Source: Epiperipatus broadwayi (Eukaryota; Animalia; Onychophora). Taken from it: a stretch of 64,000 nt of DNA. Shown one piece after another: positions 53,124 through 64,000 of the stretch. Numbering within the stretch: the first letter of the stretch is position 1; each line of letters opens with the position of its first letter. The translations under genes and the position numbers were made by a program. The notes beneath the pieces are model-generated. The model was not told the origin of the DNA, did no database searches, and was given only the letters and a program-made list of their open reading frames with translations. The stretch lies in NCBI GenBank assembly GCA_028023455.1, contig JAQFVV010000002.1:2232001-2296000 (forward strand), given 5' to 3'.

Positions 53124-54468
53124 TTGCAAAGCAAAACACATAATTGACTACAAGAATAGATAAGTGTTGGTTATCTTTGGGTAACACTTTTAATAAAAAT
53201 GATAATTAAAAAAAGAGGGAGAGAAAGAATTATTTTTGTTTATAAATTTAAAGTTGCTTGTGTCATCTCTAAGATTAAAGTTCAAGGTTCAAAGGTCAAT
53301 TACTCATACTTTGAAATAAAATATAATTTTAAAAAAGATTTAATTTTGTTTTGTTAAATATCAAATTTATAAAAAGAATTTTTATATTGAAAGATATTTT
53401 TATTGTAATTAATCAAATTAGTTTTTAAAAAATGATCAGAAAATTAATAGAATATGATTTATTATTTTGATCAGTGACAGTTTAAGTAAATGTGATCTAA
53501 AATTTTTATTGAAAGCTAGTATTCTTGCCAGCATTTCCAGTCTGTCTTTTATTTTACAATTGTCATTAGTAGCTTGTAAAAAACCTTAAATTTATTTTTA
53601 TTAGCAGCCAAGATATGAACAAATATAAATATTATAAAAGAGTTAATTATGGTTCATGATGGCTAATTCCTGTATGTGTATCAGTTAATCAATTACCCTG
53701 GATCAATGTAACCTGGATTAATTATTTAACTTCATCCTGATATGTGATCAAATGTGAACTTCCATTTGTGAGTTTTGCTAAACCAATGTTAAAAATGTAG
53801 GTTTGCAAAATGTTTGTTAGCTGAAAGTCCTCTTTTACAAAATATTTGTTTTGGAGAGATGAAGAAATATGATTTAAGGAAATATGATCTGAATAAATTA
53901 AAACTTGCAGCAGTTAAAAGAATTGAAAAGAATTATTGTTTCTACATTTTCCAAGAATGTGCAGTACAGCATTTTCAATGCTAAAATAAACTCCATAATG
54001 AAAAGCAAACAAAGAAAAAAATGTTATGCTTAATATAAAAGAAATTTTAAACTGAAGACATTGATAAAACTTTAGGGTTTAAAAGGGTGATCACTTGAAG
54101 GATGGTAATGTTTAAATACTTATATTTTAAATATTTTATATCTCTTATTGTATAATAAATATTTTTGTTAGTTATTAATCTGACCTTCTGTTTCTTTTCT
54201 TATAAGTTCTATCATTTAAATTATAAATTCAATTTATAATAACTAGGGAGATAAGAGTTTGTATTCTCCTGAATTAGTCATGATAATGTTTTAATAAGAC
54301 TGATAGTATGGTTTATCCTCCTATGAATTTTCCAGTTTTGAATGGTCTCAGGTTTTTAACCAAATAAAAATATGAACCATAGAGGATCTAATTTCCTTCA
54401 ACAGTCTGGAACGATGACATAGTTTGTAATATTTTTATTATTATAACTATGTCTGACCATTAGTATGA
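53124..54468 (+). repeat. Copy 2 of the ~1.35-kb direct repeat (empty site for the RTE)
   Basis: It is colinear with 48092-49562 apart from the RTE fragment. Confidence 0.9.
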
Positions 54469-55632
54469 TTTATGAATGAAATAAACTATACTATACTCCT
54501 ATCTTGTTTCATTTATGTTATTTGGATTTGAGTGTGAAACCTCAAAGATTATTTTAATTATTAAACATTAACTTTTCATGTCTATATGATTATTATAATT
54601 TATGCTAAATTAACTTTGATGATTCATTTGACAAATGACAGCACTGTTACAATATTATAATGATCGGGCAGACATTTTCAAACCTATCTGCCATACCAGG
54701 GCACCACTAGGCTATTAGAACCTAAAACATTTAAACAGTAGGCAGATATGTACAGGTAAGATTCAACTTTTATTGACTGATGGTGAAGCTGAGCCTAAAA
54801 TATCACTGTCTATTTAAAAATTTTAACTCTTGATTTTTAAAAAATATATATTATCAATAAAAATATATAAAAATAAGTTACTGCCATAATTAATAAAAAA
54901 AACATTTTTATTATTATGCACACAATAAAAGAAAAAATTCTGGAAACTAAATGAATTTAATTTACGATATTTGCACAGATAGATGAATTTAAAATTCAAT
55001 ACAATTTCAATATTTTGTTAAATGCAAATATTCTATATAGATTACACATTTATATATTCAATTCTTTTAACGCCAGGCTACAAGTTCACATCCACACCAA
55101 TGCCAGCTTGTCGATATACTGTTGTGATCAATGGAAAATGAGGATGTTAGCATAAAAAACCATGCTGACAGAAATATCCATCTGTAGCAAGATACCATTT
55201 AAGAAAGAATGACTCTCATCCAGTACAGGAATGTGCATCTGTCTAACGAGGTGATTATTTGGAATATATATTAGACATGTTTCATAATGGGGGATTATAG
55301 TCTTTGCCATCTTACTATCACCAACCAGAATATAAAGAGTTCAGTGATATAGGACATACATCTATGTCCATTGGCAACATGATGGCTACACTTTTGGGCC
55401 ATGCATTCCTTTGGGTACTATGCCCTGTATGCTAATGCAGCACAAGGGAATGAGAACCCGAGGCGCCTTCCCCAGATTACATTGACATATAGCACCTGTA
55501 CACCCCTCCCCCAGCACCGATTAAACTATAAAATAAATAGTCTAAAATTAACCCACTTAAAACTAACATAATATTATGAATCTATGCAGCCATTTACAAT
55601 AATTTTTAAATTATTAATTTAAAAGAAATTAC

Positions 55633-55683
55633 GATAATAATAACAATAACAACAGCAGTAACAACAACAACAACAACAACAAC

Positions 55684-55727
<44 letters not shown>

Positions 55728-55750
55728 CAACAACAACAACAGCAGCAGCA
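55633..55750. repeat. Compound (AAT)n/(AAC)n/(AGC)n microsatellite
   Basis: The repeat is directly visible. Confidence 0.97.
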
Positions 55751-56471
55751 TCAAACATATTAAAAGAAAATAGAACAAATAATTTGCATTTCTGCTTAAT
55801 CAGATAAGAGACTATGAGTTAGGTACCAATTAGATATAGTATTTGAAAAGTTCTTTTTAAGATTATAAAATTCATACTTTCCATGGCTGTAGGTTTATTT
55901 GAAGTCCCTCTTGGGTCCATGATATGTCGCACAACTCCAATCGATGTCCACTTTTATTAATATTGTTTTCGGGAAGACCAGTCTTTGCTGCTTTTCAGGA
56001 ACCGTAGCTTTGGAGGTCACCTCAGCTGGTGCAAATATGGAAAAACTAATTTATTGCATGACCCTTACATTTTTGAGGCCCACAATACATGTAAATATGC
56101 TTAAATTATGCCATGAACAAGAGTAATATCAAAGAACAAAACTCTACTTAGCCAAAATTTTCTTTACTTCTCTTTTATATTGTTTTGAATTCCTTTATCA
56201 TCAAATTACAGAATCAATCTTGCCTGGCTTTGTGCTGATGTTATTGGTGATGATAATTTTCTCTGTGGATCATGTGTTCATTTGCATCATTTATTGGGCA
56301 GTTTAATTTTGAGCAGAAACATCAGATTTTATTACTAGAAATTTTTTTAATTAATCTCTTATCTGACTGATCGATTAAATGCCCTCAAGGGCCTGTCTGC
56401 TATTGAATCATTTCATTTAAATAAAAAAAAAATAATTTCTATTCTACTAAGATTTAACCATAATTTTTGAA

Positions 56472-56582
56472 GTCTTGCATTAGTGGTCGAGAGGTCAGCG
56501 CAACTGCCTTGCACTAGCAGGCAGTTGCCCGGGTTGCGGGTTCGCGTCCCGGCCGATGCTATGACACTTAAAAAAAAAAAAA
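56472..56582 (+). mobile_element. tRNA-Gly(TCC)-derived SINE, young copy with poly(A) tail and 13-bp TSD
   Basis: GTCTTGCATTAGTGGTCGAGAGGTCAGCGC...GGGTTCGCGTCCCGGCCGATGCTATGACACTT followed by a poly(A) run. CATAATTTTTGAA lies at 56459-56471 and 56583-56595. Confidence 0.93.
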
Positions 56583-57155
56583 CATAATTTTTGAATAGAA
56601 ACTAATTAAATATAATTTGTAAATGGAAAATAATTAACAGCTTTTATTTTCTTTTACATTACTTTAAAATAAACTTTTATCTTTAGATTTTAATTTTAAT
56701 TTACTTTTAAGTAATTGTTTAATAGTTTTCCATCTGTGCAATTTTATATCTTGCTTTAAATAAAGTTTTTATTAATATTTTTATAATTCTGCTTGAGAGT
56801 GATTTTATTTATCATTCTTTTTATCTTTTTATTGACAGTGATGTAACAGCATATATATATTCCATTACAATATATATATATATTCCATTATATATACACA
56901 AAATAATGATAAACTTAAGGTTAAAAAAGTCTTTAGAAATCTTACTAAAATTAGTGATGTTTTCCTTAGTGTATAGATATGCAAATAAATGTTGCATTGA
57001 AACTCAAGTATATCCCAGTTTATAACATTCAGAAGTATTATTCATTTTAACCAAGTTACATGTTATCACATAAAGTATTCCATAATAAAATATCAAGACT
57101 TTAACATTTTCTTTCTTTACTATTCTATTATTATAAAGCACTGTAAACTTTGAAA

Positions 57156-57392
57156 TTATTCAAACGGAAGTCAATCTCCGATAATGCGCTATTTCTTAAA
57201 TATTATAAATTTCCACACACTTGCCTGCCAGTAAGACTTTAAAAGACTTAAGTAAATCACTTAAGTTTAGAGCATACATTCTATATACACCAACTCTTAC
57301 AGATCATGCTTAAATCAGGACTTGAGTCTATTGTGTGGAAATTTATATTTAAGAAATAGCGCATTATCAGAGATTGACTTCCATTTGAATAA
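57156..57392. mobile_element. MITE-like element with ~62-bp TIRs
   Basis: 57156-57219 is inverted relative to 57332-57392, with 2 substitutions (both CpG-type) and a 3-bp indel. The termini contain TA. Confidence 0.75.
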
Positions 57393-58759
57393 ATATTTCC
57401 ATAAGTTTATATACATTATAACAGTAAAATTATATTCCATAATGAATTATACATTGTAGCACTTAAATTATATTTCCACGAGATGATTTTTATTATCCAA
57501 TTTTATATAGATTTCTCAAAAGACAAGTCTTTTGAGCCAATAGATTTATCTTCATAGCTACTCATGTCTATAGCAAAACACCAAAATACTATTAAAATAT
57601 ATAATGTATGAACTTTGTATAGTTTGTTTATTAAGATGCAGATTGAGAGAGTGATCAAACTTAAATTAAGGGGATAATTCTTTTTTTTCCTGATGATGTC
57701 ACATTTAGGTCACTATTCTTGATATTGTTTCTATGGCATAACTCAAATTCAAGTCATTGTTATGGTCTTTTTTTTAATAAGAGTTAAATATCACTCAATA
57801 AAAGTTCTTACGAATATATCAGCATTTGTAAAGTTAAAATGTTTTCTTATCTTTGTAATAAATAACATTTTAATGAATAATAAAAACAATAAATTTATCA
57901 ATTAAAATATAATTTAAAATCATATTTTCAAATAAAATATAAACATTCCTTATATATTTAGCTATTTAAATATACAATACATGATATTTTAAATACCTAT
58001 TTAAAAAATTTATATACAAAAAAAAATAATGTTTTAAATATGTATAATTTAATACTGTTTTAATCATATAAACATAAAATGTATACATGAATACACACAC
58101 TAAATAATAATTGACTATTTCGTTTGTCTACATTCAATGTATGCAGTTATAAAAATGTCAACAAATGAATCTACCTCACTTTATCAAGTTTTTTTTTTTT
58201 TAAAAAAAAAGGATTAAACTTTATTGGTACAAAATGTTTTACATGGTAAGCATTGATTTACATAGTATAATATGAAGATCTAAGATGATACACTGTATTT
58301 TTTGTCCATAGCTTTTCCAAAAGTTGATCAACCTGTGACAACTCAGAGCATTAGTCCATGAGATGATTAATTATTAAAGTAAACCTAGGTTGCAATTAGG
58401 AATTATTTGTTAAGTCTAGAGTTCAAATATGAATAACGTTTTAGGAGTTCAATATTGAAAAATCCAATTTGCAGCAGATAGTTGAAGTATAGGAAAACAC
58501 TCGAGATAATATAAAATACAGGCTAAGTAGGTCTACTGATCAGTTCTCCAGAATGGCCTCAAGTATCCGCAGAAGAGAGCAATTCAGTATACTTTGGAAG
58601 ACTTATGGAGAACTAGGAAAAAACTAAGCTTTGAAATGTCTCTGCTGAAAACCATTCTAATACATCACAAAGAGCCACATGAACAGCAAAGGGTCAACCC
58701 TATCAATAATCACATTGGAAATAATAGTAATAAATAAGGCAAATCACTTGTAATTAAAA

Positions 58760-59100
58760 CCATTAAGTCAAACTGCAGCTTAATTTGCAATAACACATGG
58801 ATAAAATCATTTATAAGAATAATGCTAAAAAAATAACGTTAGTTCTCCTTTCCTACGAATGAGAAAATCCATCAGAAATGATCCTCATAGCACCGTCATC
58901 CCAGCTATCATATTCAACAGAACTAGGATTTAGACTCCCGGAGCTCCTCCCGACCATCATACCCTCTCATCCATTCAGCAAAACTGAGTGAAACGAAAAA
59001 TTTTCATTAAAAGGCAAAGGAATAGAGCATCAAATTACATATTTATTGTTGTCCGTCTGTTAATAAAAATTAAAAATTATGAATATCAACTTACACTAAG
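58760..59100 (+). repeat. Less-decayed copy of the 16.4-18.4 kb GC-rich module (opposite orientation)
   Basis: The reverse complement of 58865-58985 (TTTGCTGAATGGATGAGAGGGTATGATGGTCGGGAGGAGCTCCGGGAGTCTAAATCCTAGTT) aligns with 16600-16705. Confidence 0.65.
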
Positions 59101-59279
59101 ACGTATTGTCAATCACTTCATTAATAAAATAAACTATTTAAATTTTTTTAAACCAATTGAGAATTAAAATAAAATAACCAAATTTTTTTTTACGAATATA
59201 ATATTTCCAGTTTTAAATTTACATTATTATGATATAATATTTATATACTGAAATTGATTAAGGTTATGGTATACTTTTT

Positions 59280-59379
59280 TTTGTCATGTGTCATAGCATC
59301 AGTCAGGAAGCAAACCTGCTAACCTGAGACAACTTCTTGTAAAGCAGCTGTGCTGACCTCTCGACCACCAACGCTTGAC
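59280..59379 (-). mobile_element. tRNA-Gly-derived SINE (T-arm duplication subfamily)
   Basis: It has the same body and TATGACACATGAC trailer as the 6862 and 42597 copies. Confidence 0.88.
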
Positions 59380-59822
59380 ATGAACTTTGAAAAACTGTTA
59401 GTAATAAGTACATGCCACACTTATCTATTATAGATCAGATTTGTAGAAGTAGAGAGGATTACCAATCTAAAATGAACAGAGTAATTGTGTGCGTGCAAGG
59501 ATACATCATGCATACATATATCTATAGCGATATAATAATATATTAAAAATAAAATAATGATAACAACAATTATAATACTTTTTCCACATGTAAAATTAAC
59601 TTTCACATTTCACATACATATCTAAACTCTGTTTGATTATTAACATTGTAAGGTTACTCGTGAGCAAGTGTTGAAAAAAAAAAAAAAAAGACTTCTTGTC
59701 AATTTTTTAAGGGGAGGGGGAGTAAGAAAAAATTTAAATTATTTTGTTTTCTTCTAAAAAAAAAAAAAAAACAAGATTTGATACAAAAGGAGAATTAGTT
59801 TGAGAAAAAATATATATATTTT

Positions 59823-59903
59823 CCTGTGTCAAAGCATCGATCAGGAAGTGAACCTGCGAACCCCGGATAACTGCTTATAAGCCAGCGATGCTGAGCTGAC
59901 CAC
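59823..59903 (-). mobile_element. tRNA-Gly-derived SINE, 5'-degenerate
   Basis: The minus strand reads ...CTTATAAGCAGTTATCCGGGGTTCGCAGGTTCACTTCCTGATCGATGCTTTGACAC. Confidence 0.8.
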
Positions 59904-61202
59904 TAATTAATTTCTTCTCCATGTTCTACATGTCCACGTGATAAAAGATATTACATCGAAACTATCATGGGAAATGGATTATAATTTTACATTGCAAAAG
60001 ATGAACCAAGAGTCAAAATAATTGATACTGTGGATTCATGTGAAGAGTTTGTCAGATCTTTATGGACTTCAGGATTCACATTTTTACCATCATCATGCTC
60101 ACAAAAATGAACAAAACAAAAATGGAAATCATGTTGAATGTCCTAATCATGTGCATAAGGTGATTTTAACATTTTCAGAAAGAATTATTTTTGTAAAAAT
60201 ACAAGTAATAGTAAACTTAAGAATGTTTAATAATTCATTTCTTCATCTTTGAATATAGTGATCATTTGGGTTCAATTTATTGAAAAGGAAGATCTTAAAA
60301 TAAGTTTATAAACTCTGAAAAACTCTATTTGAGCATATTTTATTTTGTTATTTTATAACATTGTTTTCTATAACATTAATGTTTACTCTTTATGTTGATA
60401 ATTACACACAAAGAGTATGGTTTTTTTGCATTATAATATCATATATCAATTCAAAGTCTATTGGTACAGTGTTAAGGAGTATTTCAAAAATACAAGGCAT
60501 TATCCATTGATATAATTACTGAGTCATGATGAAAAAATAAATAAATTAGCAATGCAAGTCCTATTCAGTTACCTTATCAATATAGAGAGAAGAAAGAGTA
60601 ACAATAACCAAAACATTAAAATGAAAAGTCATTAAAAACAGTCTTTTTATAACATCCCATTGGTAGTGATTAAAAAAAGAATGGAGTAAAATGACTATGC
60701 ATCAATACCCACTAAATAAATCACTATATCAAAAAGGGATACACTACCATCCACCCATGAATTGCTAACAAATAATCTTTCCAACAGTAGATTTTATATC
60801 AAGCTAATGAAGCATTGTATTACATCCATAAAATCATAAATACAGAGCTTTTAAGTGTGAAGGATACTCATGTGCCTTCAAGAGGATGCTCTTTGGATTA
60901 ATCATCATTGGATCCATATATATTGTGATGTTTAGATCATGTGTAGTCAGATGAGCTTAAATCAATTATTTTCTATGTTTATGTTGTAGTGACCACTTCT
61001 TATAATTTAAAGAAACATATAACACATCTCCAATTATTAAACCACTAAACATCACATGATCACCTTCTCTATACTAGCACAATTGTTGTAAACAAAGGCA
61101 AAACTCTCCATACAGTAGTGCCACCCTGTGCCAAACAGAGTAATCAATGGATGCCAGAAGGCTTGTGCATAAAATCCCTATCTAGTGCCTACTCATCTAA
61201 TA

Positions 61203-61244
61203 TCCCCAGACTAGTTTCTGGCTTGTGGCCATCATCAATGAGGA
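61203..61244 (-). ncRNA. Type-I hammerhead, family C, C3U variant
   Basis: TCCTCA TTGATGA TGGC CACAA GCCA GAAA CTAGTC TGGGGA. Confidence 0.78.
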
Positions 61245-61853
61245 GCCTTGGATCTGAGAGCACTGCACCTAGATCTTAGGATCTAATGCAACCCTCCAGT
61301 GGCCATCTTTTAACTCTATTTTACTACAAAACTATGAGAATGAAATTGAAAACATTGTTAATATCTTCAATCTAAGCTCAATAGCTTACATAGTCATATG
61401 GGTCTGAACTCAATTCAGCTCCCATACATTTTGGTGACTTTGGCTCTTAAACAACCATAGCCACCACTATCCTATTAGGCAGGATTAGTGTTAAAACACT
61501 AAACATCACACGATCACCTTCTCTATACTAGCACTACTGTATGGAGAGTTTTGCCTTTGTTTAGTGCTAGTATAGAGAAGGTGATCGTGTGATGTTTAGT
61601 GTTTTAACACTAATCCTGCCTAATAGGATAGTGGTGGCTATGGTTGTTTAAGAGCCAAAGTCACCAAAATGTATGGGAGCTGAATTGAGTTCAGACCCAT
61701 ATGACTATATAAGCTATTGAACTTAGATTGAAGATATTAACAATGTTTTCAATTTCATTCTCATAGTTTTGTAGTTAAGTAGAGTTAAAAGGTGGCTGCT
61801 GGAGGGTTGCATTAGATCCTAAGATCTAGGTGCAGTGCTCTCAGATCCAAGGC

Positions 61854-61895
61854 TCCTCACTGATGATGGCCACAAGCCAGAAACTAGTCTGGGGA
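61854..61895 (+). ncRNA. Intact minimal type-I hammerhead ribozyme (family C)
   Basis: TCCTCA CTGATGA TGGC CACAA GCCA GAAA CTAGTC TGGGGA. Stem I is UCCUCA/UGGGGA, stem II is UGGC/GCCA, stem III contains the palindrome ACUAGU, and the GUC triplet is cut after 61889. Confidence 0.9.
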
Positions 61896-63766
61896 TATTG
61901 GATGAGTAGGCACTAGATAGGGATTTTATGCACAAGCCTTCTGGCATCCATTGATTACTCTGTTTGGCACAGGGTGGCACTACTGTATGGAGAGTTTTGC
62001 CTTCATCTCCAATTATTGCTCAAGAAATATCTAGATAAAAACATTAAAGTTAATTTACATCAACATACTTTCATGATAGAAGAGGTATGATAGAACAGGT
62101 AATCCTTCTGTTTATATAATAAGCAAATGTAGAATTAAACCACACACCATTATTATTGATGCAATCCAAATATTTTTAAAAGACATCAACAAAAAGCATT
62201 TAAAGACATTTCTTGATCAATTCATCATAGGTTCTATAAAAACTTTGTCAAGGAAATGAATCATTATTAAAATAACTTAAGAAAAAATAATAATGGGTCT
62301 GTACAAATAGGCAAGATTAGGCAAGAAAAAATAATAATGGGTGTGTACAAAGAGGCAAGATTAGGCTTTTAAGAAAAATGTCTTGGAGAGCATTGTATTA
62401 GCATATCCTGGTTTTTTCAGGTCATTCAAGGTGCATATTGCTAGTAATGATATGATCTAGGAACAAAGCTATTTCAATTAACTGATATTGAACAATTATA
62501 AGTAATATATTTTCTTAATATGTTGCTTAGCAGAGCAGAACTTAATTATCCTGTAACAGGGAAGTGAGATTTAGCTAATGTATGGATTTTCAGAAAATTC
62601 AAACATTTTCTATTAAGATTAAAGGTTACAGTAAAAACCAATCATAAATACTCACAATTTTAAACTATAATTATTTCACCAATGACATATTAATATGCTG
62701 GAGCCTGTTATTTTAGAAATTTTAATATAACCTTACATATTGTACTGCATCTAAAAATATAATTATTGATATTCTTAATCAAAATTCTATCTCATCTTCT
62801 TAACAGCACTGAAAAATAGAAACTACAATTATTCCTACAATAATATTTATTAGTACAATATAATCTTCAAAATCAGTTTGAATTGATAAATCTATCCTTT
62901 CATATTCTAATGCCAAAAATCATTAGTGGTAGATTAATCATTTATTTCCACTATTATGACACCAAATGGGTGGAGGAACAAATACTTCACAGGTTGGTCA
63001 ACTGACCTGTAATGTACTTTTTTTAGCCTGGTAACATTAAAAATGTGAAGTTTTTTTTTTTTTTTCCAAATTAAAAACTTGCAAATGAGAAGTGTGCAGG
63101 CAAAACTAATACTATCATACCAACAGATCAAACAAAATTTCATCTATTGAATTTTGTGTGCTTTTACCAGAATTCAGACAATATAGGTCCAGGTAGTATG
63201 AATGATGTAGTTTCTAAATATATTAGTAAATATACCACAAGAAATGCTGATGCTAAAACAACAATTTTATTAACATAAAAAACATTCCCCAACTTATGAA
63301 AGTTTATATACAATCATAATGGTAATGTATATCTTGTAACAGACCATGGATTAATCAGGGGACCTATAATAATTGATTATTGAAAGCAAAAAGCAATGAA
63401 ATAAATTGAAAAGATGCATATGATAATTGGTGCAGATGAGCTGAAAATTATAAAATACAGAAATTATGATAATAACAACATTACAAGATATGTCTTATTA
63501 ATTGAATTTGATAATGAACATGACTGTTACTTTTTTTATCCAAAGTAAATGAATATAAAATGTATTAAAGTTTAAGATCTAATTTAATCTGCATTTATGA
63601 TGATGAAAAAAAGTTAGTAGTCTGTCGATTATGGTTTTCCAGTTGTAGGGCACGTGTGGAATTAGAAAAAATTATCAACCTATCTAAAATGAAAAAGCCA
63701 GAGTGAATGTCTTCATGCATAAGTACATCATTCTTACAGATATATGTAAAGACATAATAAATATAA

Positions 63767-63797
<31 letters not shown>
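63767..63797. repeat. (AAT)n microsatellite
   Basis: The repeat is directly visible. Confidence 0.95.
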
Positions 63798-64000
63798 GTT
63801 AGAACAATTTATTTATATGTAAAATTAACTTTCTATGTTTACATTGATTTTACATTTTGAGATCACTCACGCATGAACAAGCATAGAAAAGAAACCAACA
63901 ATAAAAAGACTTTTTTTGCTGAGAAGTTTAAAATTCTTAGTTTCTCCTAAAAAATGAGTGAAAAAAATAGAATTTGTTTTGAGAAAATTATATTTTGCTA

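Larger units (their letters stand above)
61039..62003. mobile_element. 965-bp palindromic retrozyme-like insertion (HHR family C) with a 14-bp TSD
   Basis: The arms 61095-61535 and 61563-62003 are 441 bp each, with 9 substitutions counted by eye and a 27-bp spacer. CATCTCCAATTATT lies at 61025-61038 and 62004-62017. Each arm has one HHR. Confidence 0.93.
60480..62680 (+). pseudogene. Decayed Ty3/Gypsy pol (RT plus RNase H) split by the family C palindrome
   Basis: Motifs in order: SPIQLPY..., YNIPLVVIKK, KRDTLPS, YSCAFKRMLFGL, KHITHLQLL|LKKYLDKNIKVNL (continuous across the insertion), LAYPGFFRSFKVH...SRAELNYPVT...KFKHFL...TVKTNHK. Confidence 0.8.

Noticed and set aside
55080-56130. GC-richer stretches with ORFs 55128-55310 and 55944-56126
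   Set aside because: No recognisable motifs in any frame. They may be TE-derived but cannot be called.
57685-57730. CTGATGA motif
   Set aside because: There is no GAAA and no supporting helices.
3596-59903. tRNA-like copies as functional tRNA genes
   Set aside because: They have TSDs, A-tails, T-arm duplications, broken D-arms and variable anticodons, so they are retroposed SINEs.
61039-62003. Palindrome as an amplification or assembly chimera
   Set aside because: The arms differ at 9 sites, are unequal permutations, and sit in a 14-bp TSD that restores the Gypsy frame. A long-read check is still advisable.

Overview
This is a very AT-rich, CpG-depleted eukaryotic (animal, probably arthropod-like) window made almost entirely of repeats and intron/intergenic-type DNA. 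I cannot support any intact host gene, and nearly all ORF-track entries are TE relics or chance ORFs. Recognisable content: Penelope-like element (PLE) relics with RT-thumb and GIY-YIG motifs, decayed CR1/Jockey-type and RTE LINEs, a decayed Gypsy pol, three hAT derivatives, nine copies of a short tRNA-Gly(TCC)-derived SINE, microsatellites, and a CpG-retaining island near 36.8-37.1 kb. The main signal is a set of self-cleaving-RNA retroelements. Two unrelated non-coding repeat families ('B' and 'C') carry minimal type-I hammerhead ribozymes (HHR), and three of these copies have intact catalytic cores (27616-27655 -, 44570-44611 +, 61854-61895 +). These families and the PLE relics repeatedly occur as fold-back insertions with 3' ends pointing outward, several bounded by 13-15 bp target-site duplications (TSDs). 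The clearest case is a 965-bp palindrome (61039-62003) inside a Gypsy RT. Each half is a terminally redundant ~450-nt monomer, as expected for a retrozyme copied from a circular or multimeric RNA. All alignments and coordinates were done by eye and need computational confirmation.
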